Under the pieces are notes generated by a model that did not search any database, was not told the DNA's origin, and saw only the letters and a list, made by a program, of their open reading frames with translations. Shown in pieces: positions 10,337-17,251 of a stretch of DNA of 64,000 bases. The DNA lies in the NCBI GenBank assembly GCA_041690135.1, contig JAWLHY010000002.1, positions 288,001 through 352,000 on the forward strand. The letters run 5' to 3'. Positions within the stretch are counted from its first letter, which is position 1; every line of letters starts with the position of its first letter. The position numbers and the translations under genes were made by a program. This stretch comes from Armatimonadota bacterium. GTDB taxonomy: Bacteria; Armatimonadota; SYMT01.

Positions 10337-11113
10337 ATGTCCCTTAGGTTCCATGCGGCGATCGCCGAACTGCTGGGCATCGTCCCCGTGCCCGCCCCCG
10401 AAAGAATGGCCGCCCTCGAGCAGCGCGAAACGGTGTGTAAAACCCGTTTCCCCGCGTCCGTCCGGGAGTGGCTTTCGCTACCGGGTGTCGAGAGCATCTT
10501 TCATGACCGGAGCAACGACGACCACCTCGAACCGGTGGACGCCCTGGGTGATCCGGGGGAGACGGCCCAGGGCTGGCTCCGCGTGGCCAAAGAGAACCAG
10601 TGGGTGGTGGCCTGGTACGTGCGGCTCGATGAAGGAGAGGACCCGCCCGTCTACCACAACAACGACGAGTGGAATGAAGACCTGGCGCTTACGGACTGGC
10701 AAGAGACTTCCCCCTCCTTCAGCGCCTTCATCTTCGATATGTTGGCCGACGACTGCTTCGGCCGGGGTTGCTCCGGTCTGCTCCTGTCGGCGGTGGATCG
10801 GCTTCCCGGCCCGGAGGAGTTGAAAGCTCTGGAGAGCTGGTTCCGCAAAGGCCCCGTTACGTGCACTCCCGACTACAGCGTGTACCGCTTTGCCGACGCG
10901 CAGACGCTGGTCACGATCGAAGCCGGTTCCGCGTTCGAATTGCCGCCGGGAAAGGCGAAGTGGCGTCTTCGCACGGCTGATGCGGAGGCGCTCTTCAGTG
11001 CCGGCCGGAAGCTGCGGGGTCTCGGGACGATGGCCGAAACGCTGAGCGCGCAGGACTGCACCCCGGAAGCCAGGGGGTGGTGCGACTGGGTCCTGGAGCG
11101 ATTGCGGCAATAG
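10337..11113 (+). CDS. SMI1/KNR4 (SUKH)-like immunity protein
   Basis: LEQRE...RFPASVREW, ENQW..AWYVRLD..EDPPVY, SFSAFI pattern; GAGGA RBS. Confidence 0.65.
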   Translation: MSLRFHAAIAELLGIVPVPAPERMAALEQRETVCKTRFPASVREWLSLPGVESIFHDRSNDDHLEPVDALGDPGETAQGWLRVAKENQWVVAWYVRLDEGEDPPVYHNNDEWNEDLALTDWQETSPSFSAFIFDMLADDCFGRGCSGLLLSAVDRLPGPEELKALESWFRKGPVTCTPDYSVYRFADAQTLVTIEAGSAFELPPGKAKWRLRTADAEALFSAGRKLRGLGTMAETLSAQDCTPEARGWCDWVLERLRQ

Positions 11114-11141
11114 CCATCCAGGCGCCCACTGGAAAAACTGG

Positions 11142-11171
11142 TTGACGGAGGTTCACGGGGTGAGGTATTCT
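11142..11171 (+). promoter_or_regulatory. sigma70-like promoter for the Y RNA/rsr transcript
   Basis: TTGACG (11142-47), 18 bp spacer, TATTCT (11166-71); structured RNA begins about 6 nt downstream. Confidence 0.55.
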
Positions 11172-11267
11172 AAAATCTTCCGCTCCGAAAGGACGAGACT
11201 GGGCTGGTGAAAGCCCGGTGGGCGGGAGGTCGGTTCGCCGCCGTTAAGGACGGCTCCGGCTCGATAC

Positions 11268-11428
11268 GCTGAACGTAGCTCAACGGGAAGAGTCCTGCGC
11301 CTTTGCAAAAGACCCCTTCCCCTCGGCGCCCCTTGCCCGGTAACGGGCCGTAGTCAGAGGGTTATCTACACTGAGCCCATCGCTAAAGGCTCGCGAGGAG
11401 ATGCAGGTTCGAATCCTGCCGTTCAGCA
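11268..11428 (+). ncRNA. tRNA-like Y RNA (YrlA-like) in canonical tRNA order, long stem replacing the anticodon arm
   Basis: Acceptor GCTGAACG/CGTTCAGC; TA-GCTC-AACGGGAA-GAGT D-arm; GCAGG-TTCGAAT-CCTGC T-arm; about 105-nt insert with GCCGTAG..GAGGGTTATC; about 100 bp upstream of the TROVE gene. Confidence 0.75.
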
Positions 11429-11440
11429 TCGTCGGAATCA

Positions 11441-11510
11441 GGAAGCGGGCCGGAGCGCCTGGGTTATCGAGCAGACGATCAACCCCCAGACGCACCACTT
11501 GCCTGCTTCC
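11441..11510 (+). ncRNA. Second Y-RNA-like bulged hairpin (YrlB-like RNA or rsr 5' UTR element)
   Basis: GGAAGCGGGC/GCCTGCTTCC closing stem; GCCGGAG and GGGTTATC motifs shared with the upstream RNA; pyrimidine-rich 3' tail. Confidence 0.5.
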
Positions 11511-11533
11511 CCTTTCCTTTCGGAGTGGTGGCC

Positions 11534-13189
11534 ATGAGCTATCTGCAGAACGTTCTCTCCACCCGGCAAACGCCGCAGTCCGCCCCGATTCCCGGCACCG
11601 ACCAGGTTCCCAACAGCGCGGGCGGTTTTGCGTGGGCCGTCGACGACTGGACCCGGCTTGACCGCTTTCTGATCCTTGGTAGTGAAGGCGGCTCCTACTA
11701 CGCCGGCGAGCAGAAGCTGACGCTGGAGAACGCGGCTACCGTCAAACGCTGCGTGGAACTCGACGGCGAGCGGGCGGTCCGCCGCATCGTGGAGATCAGT
11801 GACGCCGGGCGCGCTCCCAGGAACGATCCCGCGATCTTTGCGCTGGCGGTGGCGTCGGCCTGGGGGGAAGCCTCCGCGCGGTCCGCGGCCTTCCGTGCCC
11901 TTCCCCGGGTTTGCCGGACCGGCACGCACCTGTTTCACTTCGCCGGTTACGTAGAGGGGATGCGGGGCTGGGGACGGGGCCTCCGCACGGCGGTGGCTTC
12001 CTGGTACTCGGAGCGGCCGGCGCGGGATCTCGCCTACCAGGCGGTGAAATACGGGCAGCGGGATGGCTGGAGCCATCGCGACCTGCTGCGGCTGGCGCAC
12101 CCGAAGGCGGAGCCCGATTCCGCGCACAACGCCCTCTACCGCTGGATCGTGAAGGGCTGGGAGGGCGTTGATGAGGAGCCCCATCCGGACCCGGACCTGC
12201 GCCTCATCTGGGCCTGCGAGCGGGTGAAGCGCGTCGGGACCCGCGAGGAGGTGGCGGCGCTGGTTGCCGAGTACGGCGTGCCGCGGGAGGCGGTACCCAC
12301 CTACTGGTTGGGGCAGGCGGTCGTGTGGGAGGCGCTCCTCCAGGGGATGCCGATGACGGCTCTCATCCGGAACCTGGCCACCCTCACCCGGGTGGGCCTG
12401 CTCACCCCGCACGCCGACGCCACCCGCCGGGTGGTGGCGCAGTTGACGGATGGAGAGCGACTCCGCCGGGCGCGGGTTCATCCCATCCAGGTGCTCTCGG
12501 CGCTCCGCACTTACGCCCAGGGGCACGGTGAGCGGGGCAATCACCAATGGGCGCCGGTGGCCCAGGTGGTGGATGCTCTCGACGCGGCCTTCTACACCGG
12601 TTTCGGCAACGTCTCGCCCACCGGCAAGCGTTGGATGCTGGCCCTGGATGTTTCCGGGTCGATGGCGTGCGGCCTGATCGCGGGGGTTCCCGGCCTCACA
12701 CCGCGGATCGCTTCCGCGGCAATGGCCCTCATCACGGCGGCGGTGGAACCGAATCATAGCCTGGTTGCCTTCACCGCGGGGCAAGGTGGTTACGGCGGAC
12801 AGTGGGGCGGCGGAGTCTCCGGCCTCACGCCCCTGGCCCTATCCCCCCGACAGCGGTTGGACGATGTGGTCAAGACGGTCGCCGCCCTTCCCATGGGCGG
12901 GACCGACTGCTCGCTGCCGATGCTCCACGCTACGAAGCACCGGATCCCCGTCGACTGCTTTGTGATTTACACGGACAGCGAGACGTGGCACGGGCAGATC
13001 CACCCCGCCCAGGCGCTCCGGGAGTACCGGGGCCGGATGGGCATTCCGGCCCGCCTGGTCGTCTGTGGGATGCTCTCCAACGGCTTCACCATCGCCGACC
13101 CGGACGATGCCGGCATGCTCGACGTCGTCGGCTTCGACACCGCCACCCCCAACCTGATCAGCGATTTCGCCGTGGGCAACGGCGCGTAA
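11534..13189 (+). CDS. rsr: Ro60/Rsr RNA-binding protein (TROVE + vWA)
   Basis: QVPNSAGGFAW..DDW.RL.RFLILGSEGGSYY, KY.QRDGWSHRDLLRLAH, MP.TALIRNL, DVSGSM MIDAS, GGTDCSLPM, YTDSETW, GMLDVVGFD. Confidence 0.96.
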   Translation: MSYLQNVLSTRQTPQSAPIPGTDQVPNSAGGFAWAVDDWTRLDRFLILGSEGGSYYAGEQKLTLENAATVKRCVELDGERAVRRIVEISDAGRAPRNDPAIFALAVASAWGEASARSAAFRALPRVCRTGTHLFHFAGYVEGMRGWGRGLRTAVASWYSERPARDLAYQAVKYGQRDGWSHRDLLRLAHPKAEPDSAHNALYRWIVKGWEGVDEEPHPDPDLRLIWACERVKRVGTREEVAALVAEYGVPREAVPTYWLGQAVVWEALLQGMPMTALIRNLATLTRVGLLTPHADATRRVVAQLTDGERLRRARVHPIQVLSALRTYAQGHGERGNHQWAPVAQVVDALDAAFYTGFGNVSPTGKRWMLALDVSGSMACGLIAGVPGLTPRIASAAMALITAAVEPNHSLVAFTAGQGGYGGQWGGGVSGLTPLALSPRQRLDDVVKTVAALPMGGTDCSLPMLHATKHRIPVDCFVIYTDSETWHGQIHPAQALREYRGRMGIPARLVVCGMLSNGFTIADPDDAGMLDVVGFDTATPNLISDFAVGNGA

Positions 13190-13193
13190 ATTA

Positions 13194-13236
13194 GAACAAA
13201 AGTTTTATGACGACGCCGGAAGTACTGCGGTATTAT
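13194..13236 (+). promoter_or_regulatory. Candidate retron promoter with adjacent LexA-type box
   Basis: GAAC-AAAA-GTTT (13194-13205) abutting ATGACG (13207-12), 18 bp spacer, TATTAT (13231-36). Confidence 0.45.
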
Positions 13237-13238
13237 GT

Positions 13239-13503
13239 CGGTGGAAAGGGCAGTCTGGGGAGCGGGTTGTTGCTAGCATTCCGCCTGCGGCGTTTCGCCG
13301 TGGCTGCAGTGAAGCTCGCTTCACAGCACCGGCCACCGATGCCACTCAGCTCGGCAATAGGGGTACCCCTCTTATTCGCTGCGCTGGGGCGACGTGGTCC
13401 ACTACGAATAAGAGGGGTACCCCTACCGCCGAGCCTACAGTGATCGGTCCCGGTCCTCGGTGGGTAAGTAGCACTCTTCCGCTCTCCAGGCGCCTTTCCA
13501 CCG
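13239..13503 (+). ncRNA. Retron ncRNA (msr-msd)
   Basis: Terminal inverted repeats 13239-13275 / 13469-13503; putative branching G13276 in TAGC; msr hairpins CGGCGTTTCGCCG and GTGAAGCTCGCTTCAC; msd hairpin with perfect 21-bp stem 13358-78/13405-25; retron RT downstream on the same strand. Confidence 0.85.
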
Positions 13504-13532
13504 TTTTCGACGCGCCCGCGAGGAGTGCCGGA

Positions 13533-16500
13533 ATGACGCCTTCCGATGGAGCCAGGGCCCGGAGCCTGCTGCCCCAGGCCGGGAACGAGGACGAGGAGTT
13601 TCTCCTCCGGTTCGCGCGGGAGGCGCCGGCCCTTTACGGTACCTGGCGCTACCTGAAAGGCCTGTATAAGGATGCCGAGGCGGCGGCTTCCCCGGCGGTG
13701 CTCGGCGTGCTCATCGGTCGACTGGACACCCTGGACCCTCTGGGCCTCCGAGCAGAGACAATCGGCAACGGTCCGGACCTTTCCGGCGCGCTGGCGGTTT
13801 CGGTGGAGCCTCCGCTGGCCTGCGTCACCCTCTGGTCCGGCTTCGTGCTCCTGGACCTTTCGGACCCCGCGGCGCCCCGGCAGGTGTGCCGGGAGAATGC
13901 GGGCCGGACGAAACGCGCGGTCCTGGCGGGCGGCCGAGCCTACGTGGAACTGGAGGGAGAGAGGAACGCCGCGGACCGCATCCTGATCTTCGACCTCTCC
14001 AACCCGCGGCGGCCGGTGGATATCGGCGCCGTGGAGGTGCGGGGGGTCCGCGGGATGGCGGTGGTGGGGCAGCACCTCATCCTGGCCGAGGGCGTGGGGG
14101 CGGAGCGGGGTCGCCTGCGGGTGTTCGACGTGGCGGATCCCGGCCGGCCGGAACCGGTGGCGAACCTGGCGCTCCGCGACGTCTCTGGGATGGCGGTGTC
14201 CCACCGCCGGGCGTACGTGGCGAGCGGCGCCGGCCAGAGCCGTGCTCCCGGCCTGCACGTGGTCGACCTTTCCGATCCGCGGCAGCCCACGGTGCTCGGG
14301 TTCTTCCCGGTCAGCGCTGCGGGTGTGGTGGTGGACGACACGTACCTGGAAATCCAGCGGCGCGGCCGGACCCTGTGGGTCCTCGATCCCTCGGTGCCGC
14401 CGCCGGCAGCCGCGCAGCCTCCCGCGCCCAACCCGGCGGAAGCCCGGCCCGGACTGTTGCAACGGGTGACCAATCTGTTCCAGCGGCCCTCCGCCGAGCG
14501 AGCGGCAGAGGGGGCGTCTTCCCTGGCCCATGGCGTGTACGAGCGCGGGAACGACGGACGGATCCAGAGTGCGGCGGTCCACCGGGGTCACCTCTACCTG
14601 GCCCAACAGTGGGGCGGCCTGGAGGTCGTTTCTCTCGCGGAGCCGGGCGTGCCCAGGCGGGTGGGAGAAGTTTCCACCGGGAATTCGCCGTTTCTGGCGG
14701 TTTCGGGTGACCTGCTGTTCGCGTTTCCCCAGTATGGGCAATGGATGGTTTTCGACGTCTCCACGCCCGCGCACCCCGCGCAGCTCGGCCTGCCTCCGAG
14801 CTCGCGGACCGTGGGGTACATGAAGCGCCGTGCTCGCCGCTTCCTGCGCACGCTGGAGGCGCCGGAGCGTTTCGTGGAGACGGCCTACCATGCCCTGCTG
14901 GAAGCGGGCCGCGGCCGGAAGGAGCTCGACCTGGAGCAGCAGTGGGTCTCGGTCGACCTGCTCTACGGCCGGTCCGGACGGTACGTGCAAACCCGTCACG
15001 GGCGGGGGCCTTACGTGGCCCGGCAACCGGAGCTTCGGTCGCTGCGCCGAACCCGCGAGGAGCGCCGGCCCGAGGCGTGGGACCAGCGGCCGAACCTGGC
15101 GTGTGCCCTGTTCGCCGAGCCGGATCTGCCCTGGCAGGTCCACGAGTGCATGCTCAAGATCTTGCAGGCCAACCGCGAGCCCGTGCCGGCGCTCGGCCCG
15201 GGGCTGCGCCTGCGGTTCCTGCGCAGTGGGTCTCCCCTGCTGATCTTGCTGGCCGCCCGCGAGGTCGCTGGCGAGATCGAGGCCGGGACGAAGCTCGACG
15301 GCGAGCCGTCGGCCCGTGCGTACTTCTACGCGAACGCCACCCGTCGGAAGCAGATCGCGTCCCGGCTGGCCGCCCGCTCCGGATCTCCGGGTTGGGCCCG
15401 CCCCTTTGCCGCCACCCTGTTGGAGCTGATCGTCGCGGCGTTGGAGAGCGGAGGCATCTCCCGGCGCGTCGTGAGCGCGGCCGGTCTGCTCACCCGGAGC
15501 TTCTCGCCGTTCATCCCCGGAGAACGCCTTCTGCCCCTGGCGGTTCGGATGGTGGAATCGGGCCGGCCGGAGTTGCTCGAGCTCGTGCTGGCGGGGTTCC
15601 GCGGCGCCACGCTCAAGTCCCTTCCGGAATGGCTCGCGCTGTGGGGACAACTGCCCGAAGAGGCCCGGGAGCGAGCCTGGGGGGCGCTAGAATCCGGAAT
15701 GCGGCGGACCCGCATCACCTATGCGGCGGCGCTCGAACTGGTAACGGCGGAATCGGAGGCGGTCCGCGAAGGGGGCTGGCGCGTGCTGCAACTGCTCTCG
15801 CCGGAGCCGAAGCTGCTGAGTGCGCTCTGGGAGCAACTGCTCTCCACCACCGAGGAGACCCCGGCACTGCGCACGGCCGTCGGTTCCGCCGCGGCGCTCG
15901 CGTTGCTGGCGCGATCGGGATTGAGCCCGGACCGGCTGACCGAGCGGCTCACCGCGATCCCTTCCCTGGCGGGACTGCTGTCGCCGGAGACGATGGAGGT
16001 CGTCGCCGGATCGGTGCCGGTCGAGGGGCTCCTGTCGCTCGTCGCGGCTATCCCGGAGGCGCGCTGGACCGTGCTGCGCGGCGCGGTCCTGGAAGGCTTG
16101 CGGCAGTCCGGCCGGCTCGGCGCGTTCTGGAAGGTCGTGCCCTCGGCGCTGGGCGACCCCGTCTTGCAGCAGCGATTGCTGGAGGATCCTGCCGTCGTCG
16201 CCTCGCTGCTGACCGTGGAAGACCCGGCGGTGCTGGAGATCCCCGATCCGCCGTTTGAGGACCTGCTCTACCAGTGGGCGATTTCCCACGCCGGTCTGCT
16301 TCCCCGCGGCTCCTCGGGATTGTTGACCGCGGCCACTCACCCCCTGCCCCGGGTGCGCGATTGGGCCCTGGAGCGGGTGCGGGCCGAGGGGATGGACGTG
16401 CCCTTCGCTCTCCGCCTGCTGGAATCGACCGTTCCCGCCTCCATGGCGGTGGCGCAGGAGTTCTTCACCGCCGCCGCACCCGGCAGCCTGGATGAGATGA

Positions 16501-16934
16501 CCTACGCCCTGGCCTTGAGCGATAGCCCGGAGAGCGCGGTCCGCGCGGTGGGGCGGCAGTTCATCCACGACCGGTGGAGCACCCTGCCGCACTCCGACCT
16601 GCTGCGGGCCCTCTCGGAGCATGGGGACGCGGAGATGAACCGCTTCCTGGCGGACCTCCTTCTGCAAGAGGCGGACGAAGCCGTGGAGCGGTCATCGGAG
16701 GTCCGTGACTTCGAGCGCGGCGTGCTCCGTGCCCGCAACCGCGGGCGGCGCGCCAAGGAACGGGTGAAAGCCCGCCTCTCGCACACGGAGACGCCGGATG
16801 TCTCCCTCCTGCTGAGCCTCGCCCGCAGTGGAACCCCACGCGACGCCGAGTGGGCGATGAGCGAGTTGGGTCGCCTGGCGGCCTCCGGGGTCGCCGTGGA
16901 GGGGGTCAGCGTGGAAGGAGTGGCCGGGGTTTGA
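13533..16934 (+). CDS. Retron-associated large protein: helical (ARM/HEAT-like) repeats with an inserted LVIVD-repeat beta-propeller
   Basis: ATG 13533 after AGGAG; at least six LVIVD-type repeats (LLDLSDP, LIFDLSNP, RVFDVADP, HVVDLSDP, EVVSLAEP, MVFDVSTP); Leu/Ala-rich helical C-terminal two thirds with DSPESAVR and NRGRRAKE. Confidence 0.65.
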   Translation: MTPSDGARARSLLPQAGNEDEEFLLRFAREAPALYGTWRYLKGLYKDAEAAASPAVLGVLIGRLDTLDPLGLRAETIGNGPDLSGALAVSVEPPLACVTLWSGFVLLDLSDPAAPRQVCRENAGRTKRAVLAGGRAYVELEGERNAADRILIFDLSNPRRPVDIGAVEVRGVRGMAVVGQHLILAEGVGAERGRLRVFDVADPGRPEPVANLALRDVSGMAVSHRRAYVASGAGQSRAPGLHVVDLSDPRQPTVLGFFPVSAAGVVVDDTYLEIQRRGRTLWVLDPSVPPPAAAQPPAPNPAEARPGLLQRVTNLFQRPSAERAAEGASSLAHGVYERGNDGRIQSAAVHRGHLYLAQQWGGLEVVSLAEPGVPRRVGEVSTGNSPFLAVSGDLLFAFPQYGQWMVFDVSTPAHPAQLGLPPSSRTVGYMKRRARRFLRTLEAPERFVETAYHALLEAGRGRKELDLEQQWVSVDLLYGRSGRYVQTRHGRGPYVARQPELRSLRRTREERRPEAWDQRPNLACALFAEPDLPWQVHECMLKILQANREPVPALGPGLRLRFLRSGSPLLILLAAREVAGEIEAGTKLDGEPSARAYFYANATRRKQIASRLAARSGSPGWARPFAATLLELIVAALESGGISRRVVSAAGLLTRSFSPFIPGERLLPLAVRMVESGRPELLELVLAGFRGATLKSLPEWLALWGQLPEEARERAWGALESGMRRTRITYAAALELVTAESEAVREGGWRVLQLLSPEPKLLSALWEQLLSTTEETPALRTAVGSAAALALLARSGLSPDRLTERLTAIPSLAGLLSPETMEVVAGSVPVEGLLSLVAAIPEARWTVLRGAVLEGLRQSGRLGAFWKVVPSALGDPVLQQRLLEDPAVVASLLTVEDPAVLEIPDPPFEDLLYQWAISHAGLLPRGSSGLLTAATHPLPRVRDWALERVRAEGMDVPFALRLLESTVPASMAVAQEFFTAAAPGSLDEMTYALALSDSPESAVRAVGRQFIHDRWSTLPHSDLLRALSEHGDAEMNRFLADLLLQEADEAVERSSEVRDFERGVLRARNRGRRAKERVKARLSHTETPDVSLLLSLARSGTPRDAEWAMSELGRLAASGVAVEGVSVEGVAGV

Positions 16935-17011
16935 GAGTTGAAGGCGAGTGTGAGGGGTAGGGGGACGAGTAGGAGTAAGAGTAAGAGTAGAAATCGGTTG
17001 GTACGGGATCA

Positions 17012-17151
17012 CGGGCAGTTGCACTGCCCGCGAAATACTTCGTCCCGCAGTTGCACTGCGGAAGCCTATGGTTTCGCAGTCGTTTCGGATCACCCAGATC
17101 GCCAATGCTGGTGCCAGGGCGGGGGCAGCGCAGTGCAACTGCGCACGAAGT
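17012..17151. repeat. Cluster of palindromic GCAGTTGCACTGC elements (REP/BIME-like)
   Basis: Copies at 17012-30 and 17045-61 (direct) and 17128-44 (inverted); 17038-60 can pair with 17129-51. Confidence 0.7.
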
Positions 17152-17251
17152 GTGACGGCTGCAGTCCAATCCATACGGACACATGTGCTGCAGCCGATCA
17201 GCCTGGCTTCCGCGGTTCGAAATACGCATCACGAATCACGCATCAAGACCT

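Noticed and set aside
11143-11154. LexA box over the rsr promoter (TGAC-GGAG-GTTC)
   Set aside because: Two mismatches in one half-site; too weak to call.
11268-11428. Intron-containing tRNA, tRNA-Sec or tmRNA
   Set aside because: The 105-nt insert is too short for a group I intron and shows no anticodon loop. There is no TCA anticodon and no tag ORF or tmRNA-length body. Adjacency to rsr favours a Y RNA.
13440-13532. ORF-track start of the 1164-aa protein
   Set aside because: It overlaps the msd/inverted-repeat region; ATG 13533 has an AGGAG RBS.
13233-15650. Long antisense ORFs (805 aa here; also 11438..12784, 17243..19177, 2510..4129, 5202..6824)
   Set aside because: Shadow ORFs typical of high-GC DNA, opposite well-supported genes, with no recognisable motifs.
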